Shown: positions 1 through 10,980 of the stretch, piece after piece
Layout: each line of letters starts with the position of its first letter
Position numbering within the stretch: the first letter of the stretch is position 1
Source: Laetmonice hystrix
Taxonomy: Eukaryota
Direction of reading: 5' to 3'
Assembly: GCA_965235115.1 (NCBI GenBank)
Contig: OZ249443.1
Coordinates: 15,004,001-15,068,000 of the forward strand
DNA length: 64,000 nucleotides
Made by a program: the position numbers and the translations under genes
Notes under the pieces: model-generated
Told to the model about the DNA's origin: nothing
The model's input: the letters and a program-made list of their open reading frames with translations, nothing else
Database searches by the model: none

Positions 1-1166
1 CAGAAATCTGTCTCTTCCAATTAGGGCAACATTTTTGAACATTTACTAGTAAAGCTTATACGATATAGCAACATCTCAGTAGTTATTTTCGCCTGCTCAA
101 ACTGTACCGCTATCCCTTTGGGAACATTTGAACTTCATGACGCTCAAACCACCTTACTTAGCACACCATCTGTTTTCACACTGGCCCGAACCGGAGTATA
201 TCGGTTTTGTCGGAACAAAATTTTTTCTGGTCCTCGCCCGCATCATCTGATAGCCCTTGCGCCATTATTTTCTGTTGGCCTCTGAACGCCGAGAACTGGT
301 CCAGAACCATTCAGGATATCCTTGGGCATGTGACGTCATTTCTTCTATTCGAATATACCCTGGGGTGATTCGAACGCGTCGAGATGGGCCTGTGCAACCT
401 GCGAACCTGCAAACTGCGCATGCTCGTACTCTGGAGACTACGACCCATTCAGGATTCCCTCGGCATATGACGTCATTTCTGCATATACCCCCGGGTGAAA
501 TGGGCGCCATATTGGCAACCAAATACATGGCGAAATCGACCTGTGTAGCGAGGCACTGAGTGAACCGTAATATCCCATCGAGCCAGAAAGTAGTGCATTA
601 TTGACACCTGCTTCTTGGCATCGTAGGTGCAAATATATATTTTTTGGTATGAAGGGGAACGTTTGAACTGAAAAAATCAATTACCTAATTTACCTAAATG
701 GGCGTGATACGGTAATTTATCAAATTATGGGAAGCAATATGGCCGCGCCCATGAACGACAGCAACACGGCACATGGTACGACTACTTGTATCATGAACAT
801 GATACTCGTAATATTGCCCACTGACTTTGGGGAAGTGCTGGAGGCCTATTTTAGTTGATTCCATGCCTGATGCAGGCAAAATACTGCAAGCACTGCCATG
901 CTGGCGAGAGTCCCGGCTAAATGTACCCGCGATGCAATGCTCAAAATTGCGCCTATTTCACCCGAGGCTACTTTCGAAGATATGGCCAAGGATTCCCGAA
1001 TGACTACGACCCTGCTGGTTAGGGATTGGGCGAAAGGGCGTACCGAAGAGAGAAAAATGCAGTGAAGTGGTACAAAATACAGGGTGACCCCAAAAAAGAG
1101 AACCCATACTAACATTTCTAAAATCTGCAACTCTCATCGAATTTTCTCAGATTTGGTATGCCTTAA

Positions 1167-1612
1167 AGGGATGGGAAACCCACACGGCAATTAAGGTTTC
1201 GTAGACTAAATGAAACACCAGCATTTACCTCAGGACAATAAATGCCACAATTACGTTGTCTGAATGAAGTAATTAACGTGTAACCGCCCGATGTGTGACG
1301 CCGCTGGTTCTGCTTGTGTGTTCGTGACAGCCGAATGCTGCACACCACGGCATATTGCGTAACATTACGCCCTGCTCACAGAACTTGTCTACATGATGTT
1401 TGGAGTCCCAATCTTTGTAAACGTTTGTAAACGTCCGAGGTGATGAACACACCAACAGGTCAAGGTCAGAACCAGCGGCGTCACATATCGGGCGGTTACA
1501 CGTTAATTACTTCATTCAGACAATGTAATTGTGGCATTTATTGCCCTGAGGTAAATGCTGGTGTTTCATTTGGTCTACGAAACCTTATTTGCCCTGTGGG
1601 TTTTCCACCCCT
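1167..1612. mobile_element. MITE with about 145-bp imperfect terminal inverted repeats and TTAA target duplication (Kolobok/T2-type)
   Basis: 1167-1312 is the near reverse complement of 1467-1612. TTAA flanks both ends (1163-1166, 1613-1616) and the termini read AGGG...CCCT. Confidence 0.8.
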
Positions 1613-2004
1613 TTAACTATGCGTCCTTGCACAGTTTTAGTCAATTCCAATTCCTGGTTCGGATTTTATGCCCTGTTAAAAATATGCTCCAAATGTCCCC
1701 CACTGCATTGTATAAGTACACTTGGATTCTGTGGGCAAAGTTTTCAATCACACATGCATACATTCCTCACGCGGTATCTAGTGATTACAAAACAAGTAAT
1801 TAGTAATTAGGAGCAATAAAACTTGAGACATATTCGAATTACACCCTGCATTAAAGCAGAACTTTATTTTCAAATAAACAGAACGCTAACAACAGAATAT
1901 TCAACACTAGTGTTATGATTCAGTATTCTCTTGCGGGTGGGGGGGTGGGGTAGTGACCTGATACCCCTACACCGGCACACCGTACCCTGTGGACCGGGTC
2001 AGTG

Positions 2005-2021
2005 TACCCAGGATGCAATGC
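2005..2021 (+). promoter_or_regulatory. ZNF143/Staf-like site about 70 bp upstream of the DUF885 ATG
   Basis: TACCCAGGATGCAATGC matches the Staf-binding consensus YYCCCANNATGCAYYG closely; a related copy lies at 924-940. Confidence 0.4.
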
Positions 2022-2090
2022 TCAAAGTGGCGCTGAATTCACACGAGGTTACCTTGGAGTAGAAATGACCAACTGATTCGTCCTGGACGG

Positions 2091-5000
2091 ATGGACAGAG
2101 ACAGTATCAGGGAGACCGACATGGAGGCAGAATCGAGGGCACCGGTCCGAACTGTGGATGAACTCTGTGATCGGTTATGGCGTTTTACGGTCGGGGAGCG
2201 CCCCCAACTAGGAACATACCTTGGGGTTGCCAAGGCTGAGGATAGACTCGATTATTACTGCGAGGATCGTTACAAACAGAAGGCGGCAAGTATTAATAGA
2301 TCTACAAGTGTAGGCCCCACGGATATGTACTACCTAAAGGCCGACGTACAGATAACCGCATGTATAACACATGTGTACCTCGGTATTTACAGGACAGGTT
2401 GTGCACAGGTCTACCCATCCGACCATGCACTAATTATTTGGCTAAGGGCCCGATCCACTAGGCCGGCCTAATTTTCACACTGTAAGCTTTATGGCAGTGG
2501 TGTAGTAAAAGGGGGCGGGGGCATACCTCCAATAAAAAAGTATGGGGAACAGAGATTCCCCCATATTAAGGCCCTATGTTGGCATATACCAGACACGTAC
2601 AATTATTATGATCCATATTGTTTTGTATTTCTATAAGTTAAGCCATCTTTCCCACGTATTCGACTCGATTTCAGCACCGCTATATTTGCGTGCGAAGCCT
2701 AGTCCTACTTTCTGTCTGTTTGCGTGTCTATGTCTACTTCATACTCTCCAGACAAATGTAGGTCTATATACAACGGGGTGACCTCGTTATTTATAGGATT
2801 GAATACGATAAGTAGTCTGGCAGGGACAATCCGCTTGGGAAAGATACCTTTAGTCAGGGGCGGATCCAGCCTTTTGCGTTGGGGGGGGGGGGGGTTCAAA
2901 GTGTATATGGGCGACACAGACGTGACTGTACGAGCGCCGAAGGCGCGAAGTCTGCAAGCGCCGAAGGCGCGAAGCCTTGCTCGGGGGGTGCGGGGGCATG
3001 CCCCCCGGAAAATTTTGAATTTCAAGGTGTAATTTGTTGCAATCCAATGCATTTTGGAGCACAAAATAAGCTATTCAATGCCCAATGTGACCAAGGGCAA
3101 AAGGGCCTCCTCAAGTCCAACAGCAATAGCATGAAATCAGGCCGAGCGTAGCGATGCCAAAAAAATTTTTTAGGTGATTTTTATCTTGCGACTGAAAGAA
3201 AAATACTTCTAGATTCTAATGTTTGAACCACCATGTGTATCTGCAAAATTTTAGGGGGGGGGGGGGGTTCGAACCCCCTGAACCCCCCCTGGATCCGCCA
3301 GTGTTTAGTCATTATGATTAATCCTTGGGTAGGCCTATCAACTCATGCAGTCAATGCCATCAACATCATGTTGATGCTTGTCTATAAGTGATATCCCACA
3401 AACGGTTTATGTGTGAAAGGTTTGTCAGACAGTTGGTCAACCTACTGTTTCTCTGTGTTACAACTTGGGGCGGTCCACATACGTTGACACGCGCTGACAT
3501 TAAAATGACACAGCTAGGCTGGGCTAGTCGTCAATATAAGGTCATCCAAAACACTTCGTTGCGGCCAAGGTGTAGCCTTAGAGCGTCACAACATACCTTC
3601 ATTACTATATTGTCCAGTCAAAGCCTGGCGTCAATATTCCCGGGTCTACAAATACTCTAAATTTTCCCCGGCTTGTATGGTAGACCGTTACCGCCCTCTC
3701 AATTCAAACCCACACATGAAGGCCCTCGATTCGTCCATTGGCATGCCACCCTACCACATTCTCAAGGTGTTGACACCCTCCGCCATGCCCCTTGCATGCC
3801 CCACACCCCGTAGGCTTACATAATTTTCCACCAATTCTCAATGTATGTTTAAACACTTTCTCCTTATAGGAGTTCTGCCGCTCCATCCTACAGGAGTCCG
3901 AAGTCCTGCTAGACGCCGACCTCCATCCGTCCGAGTCCATGTCCCTGAAAATGGTACGATACTACGCCGACATATGTTTGAAAGGTATGGTATATCACAA
4001 ACCTAGCATAGAGTTGATTCTGTATGTTGAAGGGGTATACACTCGCAGATATCATCTTGATTTTAGGAACAGGGGTTGTTGCCCCCTTTGCACATGAATC
4101 CGACCAGGCATACCTTGATATAACAATATGAAGTGATATTCTCTGTGTTCCAGGCTTGGAGTACCAGACATACCTTGATAGATCTATAACAATATGAAGT
4201 GATAGTCTCTGTGTTCCAGGCTTGGAGTGCCAGACATACCTTGATATAACAATATGAAGTGATAGTCTCTGTGTTCCAGGCTTGGAGTGCCAGACATACC
4301 TTGATATAACAATATGAAGTGTTAGCACACGCCTGGCTGCTCCCAGCGTGTGTTATAGGCCCAAAACCGTGAAATTATTAGAGCCATAATTCACGGGTAT
4401 GACGCGTCATGAATTGACCAATCGGAGAGGGTGCTCATTCGAATTCATTGTGTTTGCCTGTCCTCGCTTCAAGGTTGTCAATAGGTAGAACTAGCAACTA
4501 ATGGAGTGTTAATGGCTGAGACTTCGCAGTTGTTATAGAATTACGAGAAGAAACCCGTCTGTATAGTTCAGTTGGGTCGTTTCGATTCGATATGCCCACA
4601 GCGAACTCTGTTTACATCGTTTAAATGACGCGCCGAGTCCATTTGCCTAGTAGAGGGGATGGCGCTATTGCTGAATGCATGGCCTTAATGTTCCGTCCAA
4701 TCAGAAAGCTCCTTTTATAGTCAATGAAAGTCACGTGATAACGATTGACCAATAGTGAAGCGTGGTACAAATCGGCCGGTTCAAAGGTCATTGTGGGAGT
4801 CCCCCCGACCTCAGAATGTAAACAAGATGTGGTGGCCACAGTTGCTGAATGAAATCGCCGGTAAAAGCTCAACTGGGTGTAGTTTTGGCACTGTTTAAAT
4901 TGTTTATAGTTATAGGTTGTGTGCTAAAGTAAATAAAGCACTGCCAGAGCCAGTCTCGACGTTGTTCTGGCGATATAATGCACTCGCCTTCGGCTCGTGC

Positions 5001-8000
5001 ATTATTTCGCCAGAACAACGTCTCGACTGGCTCTGACAGTGCTTTATCCACTAAATAGTCTCTGTGTTCCAGGCTTGGAGTACCAGGCATACCTTGATAT
5101 AATAATATGAAGTGATAGTCTCTGTGTTCCAGGCTTGGAGTACCAGACATACCTTGATATAACAATATGAAGTGATATTTTCGGTGTTCCAGGCTTGGAG
5201 TACCAGACATACCTGATGCCTGTTAACTTTTTCGAGGGTCCAGACACCTGGTTTAGGTTGGACATCGTTCACAAAATGTCCCTGAACTCAGAATTAGACT
5301 ACAGTAACTATTGCAGTCGGCTGAAGGCTTTCCCCGCCCAGGTGAGAATGATAGCAGTATTCCCCACCAAATGTTCTAGGGAACACCTTTTGGACATTTA
5401 TATGCATCTTCTCGTAGAATCTCGAAGCCACTGAGACCTAGTATAGATAACTGGGGTTTTCTTAGTGTATATTTATTTCTCAAAAGGCTCTAATTATAGA
5501 ATTTAATTGTCAGAAACGGATAGCCTCTGCCTTTTGTATCTTAGAAGATACGTGTCTGTTTCCTGTTATCTTTGATCAGGTTGACGAAGTTAGAGAAGTT
5601 ATGGGAATTGGATTGGAACGCGGGATAATGCGATATCGAGCATCTATGGTAAGCAGAGGGCGCAGTTTACTCTAGATTTGAATCATTACCACAAATTCTC
5701 CCAAACGACCATCAGAAATGCCACCTTGTGCACAGTGCAATGATAAAAATGATAGAGTGATTTCTTTCTGAAGTGGAGTGATTTAAACCTAAGGGGAGTG
5801 GCTTGAAACTAGGGGTGTTGGCCTGAACCTGGGATGAAATCACTCTAGCATGTTCCGAACCTAGGACTGGTTAGCACCCTGGAGTGTTCTGATCCATGCA
5901 CCTCCCAACACAAGACCCATGGAGACGTCCTCTCGCTTTATTTCAGCGCCGTGTTCCAGAGAGGCTAACCAAACTGATACAGTGTCCAGTAGAGGAAACT
6001 ATATTCTACCAGCCGCTTGTCAAGATATCCGACTCGCTCGACGAGGACATCAAGTAATCACATTTCATTATAATTCAAAATTAATAAATCTGCTATGGAA
6101 ATGTTTTACTTATGACTTTTACTTGTTATTAACGCGTCTTATCAACTTTCGTCCTAGCTCACACAGAAACAATATCAAGCATAACATTTTAAAACCAGTT
6201 TCCTCTAAAACAAGCCATACATAACTGACTAACCATAATGGTTAGTGAAAGGTCCTAACCGTCTGGTAAGTTACTGTCATAGCAATAGGAAATAAGCAGT
6301 AAATACCATCCTTTCTTTGACGTGTCCGTGATTATCAGTGCGTGGAGAAAACAGAAAGTTACTTTCAACAGAATATGGCGGTCACTTTCATCAGTTGTAT
6401 AATTTAAGGCAACACGCCATGCTCGTATCTCAACAAAATGCGGAATTGAATTCTAGGGAAAGGTTGCGAGCCGAGGCTAAATCAGTCATCAGTGGAAGAA
6501 TTCATCAGGCCTTGACAGACTTGAGAGATTTTATAGACAGGGTAAGTTTACCTTGGAGTTGGCATGTGAAAAAACTGGTGTGCTTGAGACTGTGGATGGT
6601 GAGACACTTCTTGCAGACTTATTAATATTAGGCCTAGATCTGTATAAATAATCAAGGGCGAATTCCCCCAAGATTTTTGTTTTCACCGTTTGCCCCCCCC
6701 CCCCGCGTTTGAAATACATGTATTCCTAGATGTGTCACATACGTATCCCCCTTCTTTCCTTTCTAACCGTTTTCCACTTCACCCGATGTTTGCTATTATA
6801 CAGGATTACCTTCCTGGAGTACGCCCCCAGCCCAGTATCTGCAGCCTGCCGGGAGGGATGGACCGGTACCAGATGGACATTAGGTTTTACGCTGACACTG
6901 ACTGGACTCCTCAAAAAATCCACGACATCGGAAAATCTGAGGTCGACCATCTAAAGAAGCGCATCTCAAAGGTATGCACAAGTAAATTTTCCAATCTGAG
7001 AATATAGACGTTGTAATGTTTCATGTCTGTTTGACCCATGAAAATTCTAAATTGGAATGCCTGATCAGGGGTGCCTTTCCTAACCTGTGGTCAGCGTTTT
7101 TGCCGTTAATTTTCAATGTACGGTATAGGATATATCGATGGTTGTGAAACGCACCCTGGTCTTATCCACCCCGTATCTCTGATCTGAAGCGAGGATTGAA
7201 GACCTACAATAACGGTGACTCCTAAAGGCTCGGTTTTTAGTTTGCAACCCGAGTTTTAAGATTTAAATCTTAAGACTGAATGAACCCTTCAAATAAAGTC
7301 AACCAATGAGAGACCATAACACAAGTCAGTCTTAATTTTTGTTGTCATGAATGTGGCAATATCTTTATCTTGCAGGTCATGAAAAAAGTGGGGTATGACG
7401 GGACGAGTCTGACCAACTTTGTCCGCTATCTTCAAACAAAGGATGAACTTTATTTCAACAATGTTGTAAGGATATGTAGGCCTAATAGTACATAATATAT
7501 ATTGTAAAGTATTTGTGAGGACTCAAATTAATAATATCTGCGAATCAAGATAATGCCAAATTTTTATTTCGTGATTAATTAAGAATTTTAAGAATTATGA
7601 ATTTCTTGTGTGATCTCAGGAGGAAATGATGGAGGAGCTTGAATCAGTCGTCAAGAAAAAGATCAAACCGCGGCTTCACCGACTCTTTAAGACTTCAGCA
7701 GACACCGACGTAGAGTAGGTATTTAAAATTAAACATCCTGCTTTAAAACTTGACCTTGGTTAAATTGACTTCAACATTTTACATGTTTAAGATCAGTCGT
7801 ATCTTCTAATGGGCCTAATTAACAGGGCCGCAATCAGCCAACAATTGACGTGGGAAGATTAAGGACTTGATGAAGCGTACTTGTTCAAAATCAATTTAAA
7901 GGGGCACCAAACTTCAAAAAGAGGAAATACTTGTCAAAAAGGGTACTCAGCTGTAGGCCTATACGATGTCGTATAAGATATTTATGGACAGTTTTCAAAA

Positions 8001-10693
8001 CGGAGTTCATTTTGGAGGCTTAGCTAGCAGTGTGAAATTGTTTGACCTCAAGGTTTCACGACGATCGGACAGGGGATGCCCCAGCGATGGCTATTTACTT
8101 TGGTCCGACGCCAGGTGGCGCCCGGCCTGCGCATGTATTGGTTAATGCCGCCGACCCGCGCCGGCTGCCTCGTTATGAAGTCATGACCTTGATGCTGCAT
8201 GAGGTGGAACCAGGACATCACTTACAGGTATCGCAGTTTGTCTTTGCCTTGCCTGACCTTGCCTGACCTTGTCCCATCTACCGATTTTGTTCTAGCTGAC
8301 GCTTGTCTGGCTTGTGAACGATAACTAGGCCCCAAGGAAACATTTATATCTCAGTACGCCTAAGTCCCTTAGTCTATTAAATGAAAGACCGTAGCGTTAT
8401 CTACATCAATTACAACCACCCGTCTGAAGAGCAGTGTTTTTATTTACTGTGTCCTTAGACAGTTCACATGAGTAAACTAACGTCACTGCCCTACTTCCGG
8501 CGATTTAAAGATGACCGACGATACTTCGAAGCTCCTGGTCGTTTCCCACTGAACACAGCTTACACAGAGGTAGACTTATACCTTGTAGAGTCTATATTTG
8601 ATTGAGAAAGGTAACTAACACTTTGCGAGATATCTTACCCGTTACCATGGCGACATTACAAAATGTTATGCATGTCAAGTGAAAGTTACTTAGAGTTGCT
8701 CTCTATTAATGGTGATAGAAATGCAATGGCCTTTGTTTATATGGTTATTCTGCAGGGATGGGGACTGTACGCCGAACAGCTCGGGGATGAGATGGGACTG
8801 TTCAAGGATCCATATGATGAGTAAGTCATCCAACCCTCAGTGAGAAAATAAGCAAGAAACAATTATTGTCAAAATACACATATGTGTCTTGAAATTTAGA
8901 TAAGGTTCATTCCATAGCATAACGAATACCCTAGTTCGACGGGGGAGGGTATGTGGTAGACGAACTAAGGTCTATAAGTAAATCGTATTTTGTGATGTTG
9001 CGCCAACATGCTATGCAAACATAAACTCACTCATAATAATTCCCAGGTTTGGCTACTGTTGCCAAAATATCTCCCGGGCAGCACGGTTGGTAGGAGATAC
9101 AGGGATTCACGCCCTCGGGTAAGGGTTTAAGAATATAGGGACATAACTCTTCAAATTCAGAATTCACTGCGGAGGTAAAGTGTGTGATACCCTCGTGGAC
9201 TTCTATTAACAAAACTACACCTCCGACTAGTTGGTGAAAGATATTTTTTTATAAATACAGTAGGTCCAATCAATGGTTCAAAAGTTAGTTCGAAGTTCGA
9301 TTATTTCAACCTGCACATGCCACTACCTGTCGCAATAAGCGGCCATATTGTTAATCTTGTAATATTTGTCCAGTGTTAATAAGATAATAGGAGCCGCAAA
9401 CTGCCTATTCCCAGGTAGAAAGTTACGGTGGCCCATAAGGTACATACATGTATTATTTGTACCACCGGAAGCGGTAACCGTTCTGTGATATACAGCATGT
9501 ATAGGATACAGTGGTGTATATTGTATGTTTGTGGACAGATGGAGCGAGGAGGACACGGCGGCCTACCTGGCCGAAAACACACCGCTCTCAGGGCCAAGGA
9601 TCACTGAGGAACTGGCCAGATTTATTGGCTGGCCTGGACAGGTATTTCCTAGCTTCTCTCTCAACCTCTTTACCGCAGACTTTCTTTTTATGTGTTTGTA
9701 GCCATATTCATTAACAGACCTAACGAGATATGGGAACGATGAAAAAAATAAATTTATTTTAGATACATTGATTATCACCATTTACTTGTCCTTGTGAGTT
9801 TTTGCTGTTTTCATTTACTTTTATATTATGGTTTCTTGCTCAATCCTCTTGCATGGTAATAGTACATTTGGTATTTATTATCACCTTGCCTTCTGTCTGC
9901 CCAGGCATTAGCCTATAAGATCGGTCACCTGAAGATCATGGGATTGAGAGCAAAGACGGAAAAGTCTCTAGGTGAGAACTGGGGTAAAACCAATTATCTC
10001 TAACATGGGAAAGCGATAGTTCAGTTGAACAGGAACCGGGGATAACCTTCCTCTCAGACTTTTTCTTTTATTGAGGTGTTACATTTGGCCCTGGTTTCAG
10101 AGACTCTAAGCCGCAATATGTAAACTAAGCAGAGTTACAGCAGCCCATAGGGATATAGACCCTTAGTCTTTTTAACTTTCTAGATTGATTTTTCATCGAT
10201 ATATTTATCGTGATTATAATGTATTACCGTGGTGGTATCCATGAAACTCAATGTAGACAGTTAAAGTGTTTGTGTCCTCGTGGGCCACCGTAGCCCTGCT
10301 TAACTTGAAGCTTGTTGCTTAGAGACTTTCTGACACCGGGGCCTGAGGATTTCAATGACTTTACATGACCTATATACTCCCGGTGTGTCATGGGTAATAC
10401 TGACCGTGATTCCTTATTCGTAATTATAACAGGATCAATACACGTGACCCCCAAGTATGATAATTACAATGGATGTTGCCTTTAGAAGTGATTTCTTTAT
10501 TACCCGTACCATGACAACAGCATCAATACAAGTGACCCTCAAAATGTCACTAATTTTACCGACAGGATCGTCATTCGACATTAAGGATTTTCACGAAGCC
10601 CTCTTGGACCACGGGCAGGTGCCCCTCGACCTGTTGGACGAGGTTGTCGATTCGTTCATCGATTCCGTCAAGCAGCGAGAAAACCTGACATAA
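2091..10693 (+). CDS. DUF885-family protein (putative metallopeptidase-like), 16 coding exons, 597 aa
   Basis: Exons 2091-2285, 3870-3984, 5193-5341, 5580-5648, 5947-6053, 6457-6541, 6804-6971, 7376-7465, 7620-7714, 8053-8227, 8459-8569, 8756-8820, 9047-9118, 9539-9641, 9905-9971 and 10566-10693 total 1794 nt. All phases join without a stop; introns are GT-AG except intron 1 (GC-AG). The translation carries DUF885 motifs: YLMPVNFFEGP, NYCSRLKAFP, TPQKIHDIGKSEV, LHEVEPGHHLQ, TAYTEGWGLYAE, RAARLVGDTGIH, WPGQALAYKIG, FDIKDFHEALLDHGQVPLDLL. Confidence 0.93.
2855..3303. mobile_element. MITE-like element with CAGGGGCGGATCCAG...CTGGATCCGCC termini
   Basis: Terminal inverted repeat, internal poly-G tracts and a possible 6-bp target duplication tttagt on both flanks. 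Lies in DUF885 intron 1. Confidence 0.7.
4103..4321 (+). repeat. 60-bp tandem repeat, left cluster (about 3.5 units)
   Basis: Unit agtctctgtgttccaggcttggagtaccagacataccttgatataacaatatgaagtgat; one unit carries a 6-bp insertion. Confidence 0.9.
4322..5054. mobile_element. About 733-bp insertion splitting the 60-bp array, with a terminal 50-bp-stem hairpin
   Basis: The repeat unit breaks at gaagtg| and resumes at |atagtc. The insert begins ttagcacac, with the inverted copy gtgtgctaa at 4919-4927. 4934-5046 folds back around the loop tcgccttcggctc. Confidence 0.65.
5055..5213 (+). repeat. 60-bp tandem repeat, right cluster, overlapping the DUF885 exon 3 acceptor
   Basis: Same unit as 4103-4321; the last copy supplies the real AG (5191-5192) and the first 21 nt of exon 3. 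Confidence 0.9.
7066..7158. mobile_element. Short MITE-like element
   Basis: Inverted ends gggtgcctttc (7069-7079) and gaaacgcaccc (7146-7156). Confidence 0.4.
7242..7337 (+). repeat. Interspersed repeat, second copy inverted at about 39617-39723
   Basis: tttgcaacccgagttttaagatttaaatcttaagactgaa...acacaagtcagtcttaa matches the reverse complement of 39617-39723. Confidence 0.7.
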
Positions 10694-10980
10694 AAGAATC
10701 TTCTAAAAGGTCCCTGTGTCCCGGTCAAGGTGTGGTATAAGAGAGTTGATATTAATTGAGTTAAGTTTTTATTGATAAAATCTCTTGTTTAAGGATATGT
10801 AAACATTGATGCTCCATTATTGATTGCAATAATGTGATGCCAATCATAAAAGTAGGCCCCTAGAATCGAGCCTACTTCTCACACATGCGTCACACATTCT
10901 ACATTTCCCCTCACTATAATCAGTCATAGGTTTATGATAAAGTGTTGTTATGGTGACAAAAACTCCGTTGCCATGGGTTG

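Noticed and set aside
4103-5213. Regular repeats suggestive of a CRISPR array (also 55518-56620, 15701-16503, 44096-44412)
   Set aside because: Units are contiguous with no unique spacers, there are no cas genes, and the context is eukaryotic.
2091-10693. Bacterial contamination or recent horizontal transfer as the source of DUF885
   Set aside because: Fifteen spliceosomal introns containing host-type repeats, and linkage to another intron-rich gene.
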